Below, one piece after another: positions 27,105 through 37,078 of a stretch of DNA of 57,072 nt. Source of the DNA: a virus (lineage: Duplodnaviria > Caudoviricetes); the IMG/VR virus record IMGVR_UViG_3300020401_000021, positions 1-57,072 of that record; one strand, written 5' to 3'. The first letter of the stretch is position 1. Every line of letters starts with the position of its first letter. The notes beneath the pieces are model-generated. The model made no database searches, was not told where the DNA came from, and saw only the letters and a list, made by a program, of their open reading frames with translations. The translations under genes and the position numbers were made by a program.

Positions 27105-27328
27105 TGTCAGACCAACGTCCAACAACAGCCAACGTCATAGCGAGTGTATCCTATGGCGTTGCTATCGTTTGTGTCGCTGGCATAATTGGATTTGTTTTCA
27201 CCGTTGTCGCAGTCAACAGCTTTATGAACTGCAACCAGATCGAAAACATTTTCAACCCAGAAACCAACCAATGGGTTCAACGTCAAGGTGACTGTTGGAT
27301 CATACCTTCAAAACCAATCAGCCAGTAA
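27104..27328 (+). CDS. Early single-pass membrane protein
   Basis: TAATG coupling; long hydrophobic helix. Confidence 0.65.
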   Translation: MSDQRPTTANVIASVSYGVAIVCVAGIIGFVFTVVAVNSFMNCNQIENIFNPETNQWVQRQGDCWIIPSKPISQ

Positions 27329-27341
27329 AGGAGAAAACCAC

Positions 27342-28142
27342 ATGGCTAATACATTCAAACATCGTAGGCTTAGCTACGACAAGCGCCAAGATATTGCATC
27401 TGCTTTAGCAAATGAGATACTTGGGCCACAACCAGACCAATCCCCTGTTATAGCGGAAATCCAGAAAATCCTCGACCAAGTTCATACAATGATTATGGCA
27501 GACCCTTCCAGAGAAGCTTGGTTTAAGTTACCAAAAGCATATCGGGAAACAATGGAGGACGAATACCATTCACCGTGGAAAAACCAACCACCACCTTTTC
27601 GAGATCTATTGTCTGGCGTAGAGAGTGATCGCCGCATATCAGGTAGCTTAGATGATTACCAACTTGGCCGTGCTTTGGATCGAATGGACGTTGAGATAGC
27701 TGATATTGATTTCTGGTACTTCCATACTGGTAACAGTTGTAGTCAAGCTACATTGCAAGACTGGATGCAAGATACTGGCCATATAAGGTACATCACACCA
27801 TTTATTGACCAAGCTAGACTTGGCAGCCACATTCCATCAAGAGCCTTTGACGGTAACACGATAGTCAAAAATCACATCGGCAGAGACGCCTTGCTATACA
27901 ACGCCATAGCAGAGTTGGTAACCAAGTATATGTCTCACGATGTTAACCTTCGTAAGTTATCTATTAAGCTTGCAAGTGAGATGGAAGATTGCACAACCAA
28001 GCAAATAATCGAAGCATGGCCGCAAGCTGAACAAATCATTTACGATGCTTACGATTTCAACCCTAACGTCAGCAAACCAACCGCACCATTGAGCCAAGTC
28101 ATAGCTGACGCTGGCATACTACAAATCACGGCTCAATCTTAA
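27342..28142 (+). CDS. Nmad5-like protein
   Basis: N-terminal RLS...R..I and C-terminal TTKQIIEAWPQA pattern; AAGGAG RBS. Confidence 0.55.
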   Translation: MANTFKHRRLSYDKRQDIASALANEILGPQPDQSPVIAEIQKILDQVHTMIMADPSREAWFKLPKAYRETMEDEYHSPWKNQPPPFRDLLSGVESDRRISGSLDDYQLGRALDRMDVEIADIDFWYFHTGNSCSQATLQDWMQDTGHIRYITPFIDQARLGSHIPSRAFDGNTIVKNHIGRDALLYNAIAELVTKYMSHDVNLRKLSIKLASEMEDCTTKQIIEAWPQAEQIIYDAYDFNPNVSKPTAPLSQVIADAGILQITAQS

Positions 28143-28159
28143 AAATGAAAGGAAACAAC

Positions 28160-28453
28160 ATGGCAGAAGCTATGAATTATGAAAACGTGATTACATGGAT
28201 TTCCAATAATCACAGTGTCGAGAAGCTAAATGACATTGCTCAATTAGCATTTGATCGGTCAAAGGTTCTTGCTCGACGCAGCAAGGATCAATGGCAACCA
28301 AACATGCCAGTGCATTTTGTGCAGAATGACGGTGAGGTTATGAATGGCCACGTCAGGGTGGTCAACAGAACCAAAGTCAGGGTGTCTGTCGGCCATTTGC
28401 AATGGACTGTTCCAATGCACATGCTTCGGCACGGTCATAAAGGTGCAGCATAA
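28160..28453 (+). CDS. Small SH3/KOW-like protein
   Basis: V.F...G..MNG.V.VVNRTKVRV...WTVP..L. Confidence 0.55.
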   Translation: MAEAMNYENVITWISNNHSVEKLNDIAQLAFDRSKVLARRSKDQWQPNMPVHFVQNDGEVMNGHVRVVNRTKVRVSVGHLQWTVPMHMLRHGHKGAA

Positions 28454-28905
28454 TGACGTTGCACACACCAAACCATTGGGAAGGCGTTGCACAAGCAGCG
28501 CTGACCCAAAGAAAGCACAACGCAGCTACTGGTCGTAGTGCTTTGGTTCGACTAACCCAAACCAGTATCAACAACAACTGTTTCAACTGCCGTGCAGACT
28601 TGCGGCTGTTGCTTCGTGAATTTGGTATTGACGTTGACGTGCTAAAGCGTGGTGAGAAGATCAACAAACCAGCCAAGCTGCTGAACGCAATCAACATGAC
28701 CAAAGACATTGAGGTTCGTTTCTACCGTACAGCCAAGCGTGGTGAGAAACGTATGTCAATCGGCAACATCAAAACGATTGGCCTTAAAGATGGTGACTTG
28801 CTGTTCTTTTTCGAGACAACGAACGGCAAGAACCAAACGCTTTGCATCCAAAACTTAACCCAATTGGGCAAGGTAATGGAAGCAACCAAACAGTTCATAA
28901 GTTAG
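28453..28905 (+). CDS. Stand-alone B3/EcoRII-N-like domain (as in MvaI/BcnI-family proteins)
   Basis: RLTQTSI...VRFYRTAKRGEKRMSI.....GDLLFF pattern; no nuclease motif. Confidence 0.4.
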   Translation: MTLHTPNHWEGVAQAALTQRKHNAATGRSALVRLTQTSINNNCFNCRADLRLLLREFGIDVDVLKRGEKINKPAKLLNAINMTKDIEVRFYRTAKRGEKRMSIGNIKTIGLKDGDLLFFFETTNGKNQTLCIQNLTQLGKVMEATKQFIS

Positions 28906-28967
28906 CTGTTTACAACCAACGTTGTATTATATACAATACAACAACTTTTCCAAAGAGAGGACAAATA

Positions 28968-30779
28968 ATGGAAAACTTGAAACTAGGAACTGTGCTGCAA
29001 GCGGCACGAAACAAGACCGAGAAGATGAAAGACTTGAAAGACCTTCTCGTAAGCAGTGCAACCCACCAGTTTACCCAAGCTGGTATCTACACTGACCCAA
29101 TGTTGACGGACGAACAGGTTAGTTCGTCACTCATGGTACACCTTGAGAATAATAAATCAAACGCTGTTCATGGTGTAAGCAGTTCTAGGAAGATGGACAA
29201 TACCAAGCCATCACAAATCTTTCGAGCAATGTCGTTGTACTCGTTGGCTATCTTGCTGACTGACATCAAAGAGCATGGCTTTAACTCAGCCATAACGATA
29301 TTGAAGGAAGCACTATGTACTGCTGTTAGCGGTCTGCCTCTTGAGTTTCACGGTGAGACTGTAGAGTTCGGCAAACAGGTAACAACATGGCCGTACACTA
29401 AGGGTCGCATAGCACAAATGACTAACACTTGGTCGTTTCTTGTGAACGACAAAGACTTGGACGGACTGTGCAAGTCGATGGATCATGTCGAGATTGACGA
29501 CGTGCCACCATTGTTGGATGGTCAACAGCAGAAATTGCATCCATCGTTCAACAAAACGCCAGCATCAAACAGCATGACTGCTTTGAACTATCTACTAGCT
29601 GACGTTAGCCAAGGCGTGTTCAAGGACTACAACGATATGCTTGGCAAGATTGAAGAAGCCGAGGACGTTGCAAGTAAAGCGTTGGACAAGATCGGTGAGC
29701 TTAACAAAGAGCTAAAGATTGCAAAGGCTGCACCAAAGGCTGCTCCATCTGTCATTAAATCGGATGGTGAAATACCCAATGGGACGCCGTACACTGCTAA
29801 CGCTCAAGATGTTTTCGGTATCCAAGACACAAGGCTAGACCGTGAAATCACCTGTTGGAAATGGGATGCTGCTAATCCAAAAGTTCCAGAGGTGTTGCAT
29901 CACTATCATTTTGACATTGATACATTGTCTGACTTCTTATGGTCGATGGAAAACTGCAAGAACAGTTGGTTCAAAGGTCACACTGGTACAGGCAAGACAA
30001 CCTTTGTTCAGCAAGTCTGTGCAAGGATTGGCAAGATGTGCTTTCGTCTAAGCTGTGACGTTAACATAGAAAGCTATCATGTTATCGGCAGCAAGGACAT
30101 CCGTGTTGAGGACGGCAAATCAATCTCAACGTTTACTGAGGGTGTGCTTCCGCAAGCTATGCAACTCCCTGCGCAATTTATCATTGACGAAGCTGACGCT
30201 CTCCGAGGTGATGTATCTTACCTCTTTCAGCCAGTGTTGGAACGTCAGCCGTTGCGTATCAACGAGGATGGTGGCCGTCTAGTTTACCCTGATCCACACT
30301 TCAACGTTGCCGCAACTGCAAACTCTGGTGGTCAAGGCGACGACACTGGCTTGTATGCAGCAGCAGTCAAGATGGCTTCAGCAGCGCAGATCAACCGTTA
30401 CCACGCCTTCTTTGAGATTGATTACATGGATGCTGACGTAGAGGTTAACATGATCCGTCAGATAGTGCCAACGCTATCCGAGACATCAGCGCAAAACCTT
30501 GAGACGTTTCTTCGTGATTACCGTAAAGGTTTTCTCGAAGGCACTATCGCATTGCCTATCTCTCCACGTAATTCACAAACCCTAGCTGAATACTGTGCTG
30601 AGTTTGCGCCAAAGGTTGGTGAAGGTACTGCGTTCAGAAGGGCTGTGTTGATTAACATTACCAAACGTGCTGCTGACATGGACGCAGCTAAGATCAACGA
30701 ATTGGTGGAGCGTATTACAAAAGGCGAAACCAGTGACAATGAAGTTACCCAAGACCTTAACGAAGAGCAGCCGTTCTAA
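28968..30779 (+). CDS. MoxR/CobS-like AAA+ ATPase with long N-terminal extension
   Basis: GHTGTGKT, FIIDE, ATANS.G.GD, SPR; GAGAGG RBS favours 28968. Confidence 0.9.
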   Translation: MENLKLGTVLQAARNKTEKMKDLKDLLVSSATHQFTQAGIYTDPMLTDEQVSSSLMVHLENNKSNAVHGVSSSRKMDNTKPSQIFRAMSLYSLAILLTDIKEHGFNSAITILKEALCTAVSGLPLEFHGETVEFGKQVTTWPYTKGRIAQMTNTWSFLVNDKDLDGLCKSMDHVEIDDVPPLLDGQQQKLHPSFNKTPASNSMTALNYLLADVSQGVFKDYNDMLGKIEEAEDVASKALDKIGELNKELKIAKAAPKAAPSVIKSDGEIPNGTPYTANAQDVFGIQDTRLDREITCWKWDAANPKVPEVLHHYHFDIDTLSDFLWSMENCKNSWFKGHTGTGKTTFVQQVCARIGKMCFRLSCDVNIESYHVIGSKDIRVEDGKSISTFTEGVLPQAMQLPAQFIIDEADALRGDVSYLFQPVLERQPLRINEDGGRLVYPDPHFNVAATANSGGQGDDTGLYAAAVKMASAAQINRYHAFFEIDYMDADVEVNMIRQIVPTLSETSAQNLETFLRDYRKGFLEGTIALPISPRNSQTLAEYCAEFAPKVGEGTAFRRAVLINITKRAADMDAAKINELVERITKGETSDNEVTQDLNEEQPF

Positions 30780-31060
30780 TGGGTAATCGTAAACAGAAGC
30801 TAGCTCAGATAAGGTTGCGTATTAAGGAGTTGAACACAGCGTATCAACTTCTTTCGCTGCCTATCAAACAGTCGTTGGAGATTAACCGCTACAGCGACAA
30901 CCCAGACGGTACGGCTAAACTTAATCCAAAACCGTACCGCCTGACTAACACCGTAAGTGGAGAAGATTTTGGGCCGTTAACCCCGAATGAGTGTTGGCTC
31001 ATTCTAACGGCTCAACTTCGCCTATTAATCAAACTTAAACAACACAAGGAGAACATATAA
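30779..31060 (+). CDS. Hypothetical protein
   Basis: 93 aa, TAATG-coupled on both sides. Confidence 0.7.
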   Translation: MGNRKQKLAQIRLRIKELNTAYQLLSLPIKQSLEINRYSDNPDGTAKLNPKPYRLTNTVSGEDFGPLTPNECWLILTAQLRLLIKLKQHKENI

Positions 31061-33210
31061 TGTTCAAGCTTAATTCGCCTCTGGCACTAAAGACAGGTTT
31101 GGAAGCACTGACAAAAGTTCATGGTGCTAAGCAAATCACTACGTCGTTCGACGGTGATGGTGCAAGTACAAACTACAAGCACATTACCTTGCCACGACTA
31201 CCGTTGTTAGCAGAGCTAACGAAGAAAGACATGATGGTCTTTCGTGGCTATCATGGTCACGAGGTTGGCCACATCTTGTTCACTAACAAGAAGTATTACA
31301 ACCAGTTTGTCGATGATAACTTTAGGGTTGAGAAAGGCCCACACTTTGGTACTCGAACAAGTACTCTCACTACCCCTATCATAGCGACAGATGAAGATTG
31401 CCAACGTGCTGTCCGAAAGCTTAACACCTTTCATCGCATTTGGAATTTTCTGGAAGATCCGTTGATAGAGCGGAAGCTATGCGATAAGTTTGCTGGCCTA
31501 CCGTTGGCGTTGAACGCAGTGTGTGAAGCTGTTGTTGCTGAGAGCAATAAGGCAAGACGTGATGGATTGCGTGATCTGCCTGACTATGACCCAAGAGAGA
31601 CAGCGATGTTCGCTATCAATCTGAACTGCCGTATGTCGTTTGGCGTTGGCGCTGATGAAGTCCAAGAGTACCTCGACAATATTCCCGAGGAAGCAATGCC
31701 GTTGTTCAACAAGTACCACAAACGGTTGCTCAAGCTGAAGCATACAAGCGCTGCTTGCAAACTGGCGTTGTCCATCTTCTACGATTTCTGGGTTGAAGAA
31801 GATTTCGATGCGCCACCACGAAACGAAACACCCGATGAAGGGGAAGGAGATGAAAATGAAACTGAACAGACGTCAAATCAGGATGGAGATGGAGATGACG
31901 GAGCAAGCGTTGGATCAGACGGAGAAGATGAAGAACAGCAATCGCCTGACAGCGGAGGTGGCGACACCAGAGATGACGACGGAGATAAAGAGCGTGATAG
32001 CCAAGAAGAAGAAGCGTCTACGTCGCAAGAAGAAAAGCCAGAAGAACAACAGGGCGTTGGCAAGCCGAATACAGGTGAGCAAGGTAACGACAATGAGGAA
32101 AAGCTAAACCTCAAACCGTTCAAATCTGTTGAAGCTGGTGATGCTGCTGACGTTGTCAACAAGATCGCTGACTTGCACCAAGAGTACACAAACGAGCCAG
32201 AGATTACTGACGACGAAGGGTGGAAGCAGACACTTAGATACAACCCACACCCTGTCTATGACCACAACAACTCTGACTTTCAGTACGGCAATCTTACTAA
32301 GGCGATGGTTCTTTCAAGGAACGGTAGCACAGGTGATGTCAAAAAGATGGACGAAAATAATCAGCCTATCTACAACAATGTTACGAACGACCATGAAAGA
32401 GAGCCGTATGAAGAAGCTCATAGCCGCCTTGAAAATACTTGGTTGAAAAATCTTAATCAAGCTGACCGACAAGCAATCACTTCACTAGCAAGACGGTTGC
32501 AAGCTAGAGAAAAGATACTAACGGAACGTGGCAAGAAGCGTGGTCGCTTGGATAGCTCACGTTTGTATGGCGTTGTCGCTGGCGATCACAACGTTTTCTA
32601 CACTCGAAGTCATACCCAGGCATACAGTACTGCTGTTGCTGTCTATGCTGACGCTAGTGGTTCGGTGCGGAATGTTCGGATGTCGAACGCTTTGGCTGCA
32701 CTGAACGAGGCGTTGGGCATGGGCAATATCCCAACAGAGATTGCTACATGGAAATGTGGTTATCCTGTTCACTTCCATGGCCACAGCACAGGTAGCAGGG
32801 ATGGCTGTCAAATCTTGCGGATCAAACAGTTCAACGACAACTACAAGCATGTTCGTGGTGACTTGTTGATGCAGCGTCAATTGATCTTTGGTGGCACGTT
32901 TGCCGTCGAAGCTTATTGGCGTGGTGTTCAGTCACTGTTGGAACGCAACGAGGAACGCAAGGTTATGTTTTTCTTGATGGACGGTTCTGCTGCTGGTGAT
33001 CTTGACGGTAACTTCCCCGAACCAGCAATGCGGTTTAGTCAACAGATGGCTGCGCATCTTGGTGTTGAGACTATTGGTATTGGCGTTGGCTTCGAGATGA
33101 ATAGGTACATCAAAGGGTCAATCTTCACCAACTTCAACGACCTTGCGGCTGATATGTTGCAAGCTGTTAGCAAATACTTTGACGAACAAGGTAGCTATGA
33201 AGCTGCCTAA
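31060..33210 (+). CDS. CobT-like protein: HExxH domain, acidic linker, VWA domain
   Basis: GHEVGH, EDPLIE, RGRLD, MIDAS DASGS, GGT, MDG. Confidence 0.85.
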   Translation: MFKLNSPLALKTGLEALTKVHGAKQITTSFDGDGASTNYKHITLPRLPLLAELTKKDMMVFRGYHGHEVGHILFTNKKYYNQFVDDNFRVEKGPHFGTRTSTLTTPIIATDEDCQRAVRKLNTFHRIWNFLEDPLIERKLCDKFAGLPLALNAVCEAVVAESNKARRDGLRDLPDYDPRETAMFAINLNCRMSFGVGADEVQEYLDNIPEEAMPLFNKYHKRLLKLKHTSAACKLALSIFYDFWVEEDFDAPPRNETPDEGEGDENETEQTSNQDGDGDDGASVGSDGEDEEQQSPDSGGGDTRDDDGDKERDSQEEEASTSQEEKPEEQQGVGKPNTGEQGNDNEEKLNLKPFKSVEAGDAADVVNKIADLHQEYTNEPEITDDEGWKQTLRYNPHPVYDHNNSDFQYGNLTKAMVLSRNGSTGDVKKMDENNQPIYNNVTNDHEREPYEEAHSRLENTWLKNLNQADRQAITSLARRLQAREKILTERGKKRGRLDSSRLYGVVAGDHNVFYTRSHTQAYSTAVAVYADASGSVRNVRMSNALAALNEALGMGNIPTEIATWKCGYPVHFHGHSTGSRDGCQILRIKQFNDNYKHVRGDLLMQRQLIFGGTFAVEAYWRGVQSLLERNEERKVMFFLMDGSAAGDLDGNFPEPAMRFSQQMAAHLGVETIGIGVGFEMNRYIKGSIFTNFNDLAADMLQAVSKYFDEQGSYEAA

Positions 33211-33418
33211 CTGGACGACAGCTAAGAAAAAGCCACCTACAGTGAAAGCAGAATGGTTGCTGATGTACGATCAGCGACCACCACTTTTCTGGTGGCGCGT
33301 TGCTTGTGTGGTTAGGCACAATCGCATCCGACACAAGGATAGAGAAAAGATCAGGGCAGCCTGTGCCTTGGTCGATCACCATTACCCTCTGAAATCAGAA
33401 TATATAGGAGCAGTTTAA
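33197..33418 (+). CDS. Hypothetical protein
   Basis: Likely start MKLPNW at 33197. Confidence 0.55.
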   Translation: MKLPNWTTAKKKPPTVKAEWLLMYDQRPPLFWWRVACVVRHNRIRHKDREKIRAACALVDHHYPLKSEYIGAV

Positions 33419-33807
33419 TGATAGAAGCAGTACTATGCTTGGCGTTGAACGTGTATTTTGAAGCACGATCAGAGCCAATCAACTCTCAGTTCGCAGTTGC
33501 AGAAGTAACTATGAACCGAGTTAAGTCTGACGCTTACCCAGATACAGTTTGTGAAGTTGTCTGGCAACGTAAGCAATTTTCATGGACGCATGACGGTAAG
33601 AGCGACAAACCCAAAGTTGGACACGCTTGGCGTGTAGCGTTGGCGGTAGCCAAGTCTACGCTTAGCGACACTAAGGGGTACACTAGCCAGTTGCCGCCTA
33701 ACACATTCCACTATCATGCCGATTATGTTAGCCCATATTGGGTTAGCCAATACAAAAAGGTTGGCACGATTGGTAGGCATATTTTCTACAGGAAGGAGAC
33801 AAGCTGA
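33418..33807 (+). CDS. Cell wall hydrolase (SleB/Hydrolase_2)
   Basis: CLALNVYFEARSE, QFSW, YHA.YVSPYW, IGRHIFY. Confidence 0.9.
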   Translation: MIEAVLCLALNVYFEARSEPINSQFAVAEVTMNRVKSDAYPDTVCEVVWQRKQFSWTHDGKSDKPKVGHAWRVALAVAKSTLSDTKGYTSQLPPNTFHYHADYVSPYWVSQYKKVGTIGRHIFYRKETS

Positions 33808-33989
33808 TGTCCGAAGCGATACGAAAAGACGAACGCAAAGAGTGCGCTATGAAGCTGCGCAAAATTCTAGCGACTTACAGTGACGTCAATAACCGATCAG
33901 AAATTGACAATGCAATTCAACTTTTAATCGAAAGCTTAAACAATGAACCTGACATACAAAAGAAAGTTACTTTACATCAACGACACTGA
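33807..33989 (+). CDS. Hypothetical protein
   Basis: 60 aa; AGGAG RBS. Confidence 0.6.
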   Translation: MSEAIRKDERKECAMKLRKILATYSDVNNRSEIDNAIQLLIESLNNEPDIQKKVTLHQRH

Positions 33990-34206
33990 GCCTGTGCTTG
34001 GCGTTGCTGATGACATGCACATTGGCGTTAGCTGTCGTGCCGAACTAAAAGATGCTGACTTGTTGGTGTTGGGGCTGCGCTTTTGTTGCGCCGACCCAGC
34101 ATGGCGTAAGGCATTAATAGAAAAAACTCGCTCCAAAATTGGGGCGAGTTTGACAGACGACCCATTTAAGAAGGTCGAAAAAATTATGACTGCAATTCAA
34201 AAATGA
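33943..34206 (+). CDS. Hypothetical protein
   Basis: 87-aa ORF in the operon. Confidence 0.55.
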   Translation: MNLTYKRKLLYINDTEPVLGVADDMHIGVSCRAELKDADLLVLGLRFCCADPAWRKALIEKTRSKIGASLTDDPFKKVEKIMTAIQK

Positions 34207-34219
34207 AAGGATCGGACTA

Positions 34220-34411
34220 ATGAAAATAGTACGGTGCAAAAATGGTGTTGGTGAGTGGGAAATTGAACCCACTCACGAAACCTTTGATACTTATGCAGAA
34301 GCAGAAGAGCATTTGCGTAAGCTAAACGAAAAACTCTTTGACTTAACCGAAGAAGATATTGACCGCATTGTAGCCCAAGCGTTCAAAGCAGTGGTTAATC
34401 CAGAAGATTAA
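34220..34411 (+). CDS. Hypothetical protein
   Basis: 63 aa; AAGGA RBS. Confidence 0.6.
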   Translation: MKIVRCKNGVGEWEIEPTHETFDTYAEAEEHLRKLNEKLFDLTEEDIDRIVAQAFKAVVNPED

Positions 34412-35163
34412 TCCTTAACAAGCGCAACGTTGCCGTAAGCTGCAAGCTGTTCGTGCTTCTTTCTGTTGTCGTAGTTTGGATCAAGCACTTGAAATGCGTC
34501 GTCCAAATTACGACCCCAAAATACATGAGATGCTTTGGATTGATTACCGTCACGGAAACAAGCAATCCTAGCAAGCTCCCCCATTTTATGAAGCTGACCC
34601 AATGCGGTGCTGACCGCTTGGTACTGCTCTTTTTCCCCTTCAGTAAGATCAGAAAAATGCTTACGACAACCCGTAACCTTAAAAATTATATCATCGGTTC
34701 GCAAGCAACGTACCGTTTTCAATACGTTCATTACTTCGACTTGCCAATCACGTTCTATTCGTGGTGCTGGTGGTTTTGTAATGAACGACGGTAGTTTGCT
34801 GTTCTCATTAGCGGCTGGTTTGGTAGGGCCGTCCAGATCAGGTTGCGTCATGTCGCCAAATGCTAACGACTTACCAGACAATGGTGTAGTGTGTATGTCG
34901 GTAGTGATATGCGCTAGCACAGTTGAGACGGTGCGACCTTCACATGGCCCATCACGTTGGTAATCTTTGATGCAAATGATAACGTCGTACCATTCACCAG
35001 CTTTCATTTCGTGACGCATTGTATCAAATGCGTTGCAGTAAATCATGTTGCCTAGCAAGTCGTTCATAAAAGAAGAGTAACTACCGTTCTTCTTCTTAGC
35101 GTTTATTTTTATTGTTCTTGCTCGGCATATGTAAGTGTCGTGAACTTTATGCTTCTTAACCAT
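34408..35163 (-). CDS. Hypothetical protein, possible beta-barrel plus winged helix
   Basis: 251 aa; C-terminal VSTALGQLHKMGELAR helix-wing-like pattern. Confidence 0.55.
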   Translation of the reverse strand: MVKKHKVHDTYICRARTIKINAKKKNGSYSSFMNDLLGNMIYCNAFDTMRHEMKAGEWYDVIICIKDYQRDGPCEGRTVSTVLAHITTDIHTTPLSGKSLAFGDMTQPDLDGPTKPAANENSKLPSFITKPPAPRIERDWQVEVMNVLKTVRCLRTDDIIFKVTGCRKHFSDLTEGEKEQYQAVSTALGQLHKMGELARIACFRDGNQSKASHVFWGRNLDDAFQVLDPNYDNRKKHEQLAAYGNVALVKD

Positions 35164-35167
35164 ATTG

Positions 35168-35461
35168 TTAATGTACCTTTGTTTTAAATTCCTCTTTCAA
35201 AGACACGGTAATGTCTTCCCCTTCATCGTCGTAAATGTTGCCGCCATTATTCTTGACGATCAACTCTATAGCATCAGCCAAACTTCGGTGTCGCTTTGCC
35301 TCTTCAAGAAGCTGCGCAATGAAGTCTGTTTGAAATTCCTCTGCTGACGTACCTTCCACAACTAGAGAAGAGGCGGCTGCTGCTGCCACTTCAAGCGTTG
35401 TTGCGAAAACGTTGTGTGCTTGGCGTCGTTCTGAACGACTTAACCAAATTTTTTTATCCAT
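35168..35461 (-). CDS. Hypothetical protein
   Basis: 97 aa downstream of the integrase. Confidence 0.6.
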   Translation of the reverse strand: MDKKIWLSRSERRQAHNVFATTLEVAAAAASSLVVEGTSAEEFQTDFIAQLLEEAKRHRSLADAIELIVKNNGGNIYDDEGEDITVSLKEEFKTKVH

Positions 35462-35490
35462 AATATCCCTACCTTTCCAATAGCACTACT

Positions 35491-36495
35491 TCATGCTACC
35501 ATATACTGCCGTTGATCGTCTACAGTCGTGTTCATATATCTCATTATCATTTTAAGATCAGAATGACCCATCATGTCGGCAATTAGTTTCGGTGGTACGT
35601 TGTTTAAACAGTGACGTGTGGCAAAGGTGTGCCGTAAAGTGTACGGTGTTTTGCCAGTGACCCCTGCTTTTTTACAAGCGGTGTTCCACTTATCGTTAAT
35701 CAACGTCCTGTTATTAATCAACGCTTGACCGTCAACAAAAAACACCATGCTTTCGGGTGATGGCATTGGCTTTGATGTCGGAATAGCAGCCAGTGCTTCT
35801 GGATGTAATACGATTTTGCGAAGTCGCATCCTACCGTTAGCACCTTTATATGTTCCGACAGTTATGTACTGCTCCTCAAAGTTAACTTGGCCATACGTTA
35901 GCGTTCGTGCTTCTATGGGGCGACAACCAGTACGCAACAAGAAAGTACATACTCGCAAAGTGTCGGGATCAAGATTAGAAAAGATGCGTGACTGTTCATC
36001 CATTGAGAGAACAGTTATTTCAACGTCGTCCTCTGCTGGTTTCTTTATTGTTATTGGTTTACGCAGACCAAGTTCCGCACCGTAGTTTAAGATGGCTTGC
36101 AGTTGCGTTAGTTCCCGACGTACCGTCGAGTTTGCATTGCCTTTAAGTGTGTGGTGTTTATCGACATAATCTTCAATCATTTCAAAATCAATTTGCTTGA
36201 CAGGAGTTGAATTGAATACCTCAATAAACTTACCGACATAACCCAACGTGGTACGTGATTGTCCTGTATTCTGTGAGCGTAGATACTTTCGAGCAACATA
36301 TTTAAAGCCAGCGTTAGAAACTGGATCAGTGTTTGATTTGTATTCACCCTTTGCTATAGCGAGTTCAATCTCTGCTTTCTTTTGTAGGGCGGTGGCATAA
36401 TCATCAGTCTTAGTAGATGTTCGTACTCGTTGACCGAGTGCGTAACCGTCTATTTGATAGATGCCTTTGTCATTTGTTTTAAGAGCCAGTGGCAT
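35491..36495 (-). CDS. int: Tyrosine recombinase/integrase
   Basis: TGCRPIE, YTLRHTFA, MGH...RY catalytic motifs. Confidence 0.9.
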   Translation of the reverse strand: MPLALKTNDKGIYQIDGYALGQRVRTSTKTDDYATALQKKAEIELAIAKGEYKSNTDPVSNAGFKYVARKYLRSQNTGQSRTTLGYVGKFIEVFNSTPVKQIDFEMIEDYVDKHHTLKGNANSTVRRELTQLQAILNYGAELGLRKPITIKKPAEDDVEITVLSMDEQSRIFSNLDPDTLRVCTFLLRTGCRPIEARTLTYGQVNFEEQYITVGTYKGANGRMRLRKIVLHPEALAAIPTSKPMPSPESMVFFVDGQALINNRTLINDKWNTACKKAGVTGKTPYTLRHTFATRHCLNNVPPKLIADMMGHSDLKMIMRYMNTTVDDQRQYMVA

Positions 36496-36523
36496 TTGTA
36501 CTCCTTTCCTTTGAGTATATCAA

Positions 36524-36552
36524 TATGTAATCTTTTCATTACAATTTGTCAA
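36524..36552 (-). promoter_or_regulatory. Sigma70-like integrase promoter with overlapping palindrome
   Basis: TTGACA-N17-TACATA on the minus strand; TGTAAT-N6-ATTACA across the spacer. Confidence 0.55.
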
Positions 36553-36654
36553 GAGGGGTGTAGTAAGTGTTTACTTATACAGTCTGTTGTGTTAAAAAAA
36601 GTAAGAAGTATCAACAGGTTAATCACTCAAACAAATAAGTCAAGGGAATATTAA

Positions 36655-36891
36655 ATGAGTATATCAGAAGAACAAGACGAAATTATTGACAAAATAAAAG
36701 ACCGCATGATGCGCGGTGTATCAACCGAACGCCTTATATATAATAAAGAAGTAAAAGATATAGGCAGAGCAGTAGTGCAGTTGCGCGATCAAAACGTTGA
36801 GCTAGCGAGAGCTTTACTACAGTTGTCTAAAAGGTATGATGAAGCGATTGCTCTTACGCAAGGTAAGATACTTAATCACACAACTCCTTAA
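36655..36891 (+). CDS. Coiled-coil hypothetical protein divergent from the integrase
   Basis: 78 aa; AGGGA RBS. Confidence 0.6.
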   Translation: MSISEEQDEIIDKIKDRMMRGVSTERLIYNKEVKDIGRAVVQLRDQNVELARALLQLSKRYDEAIALTQGKILNHTTP

Positions 36892-37078
36892 TCTTTTCGT
36901 TGTGTGACGTTACGCCAACAACTAGCTTACGATCATGCTCCATAAGGTGGTCTACTACTTCACGGTCTGCAAACTTAATTGCTTGCGCAATGTCACAAAA
37001 GCTATTTGCTTTTATCTTCGCGCACCCATTCAGAAGCACGATCAGCAAGGCTAGTATCGTCAAGGTCTGATATTTCAC
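36872..37078 (-). CDS. o-spanin-like lipoprotein (Rz1-like)
   Basis: GTG at 37078 with GGAG RBS; ILALLIVLLNG-C lipobox; overlaps the i-spanin in another frame. Confidence 0.7.
   Translation of the reverse strand: MKYQTLTILALLIVLLNGCAKIKANSFCDIAQAIKFADREVVDHLMEHDRKLVVGVTSHNEKIKELCD

Noticed and set aside
28968-33210. Cobalamin-biosynthesis auxiliary genes cobS/cobT
   Set aside because: No cobN or other pathway genes; MoxR-VWA pairs are widespread in phages
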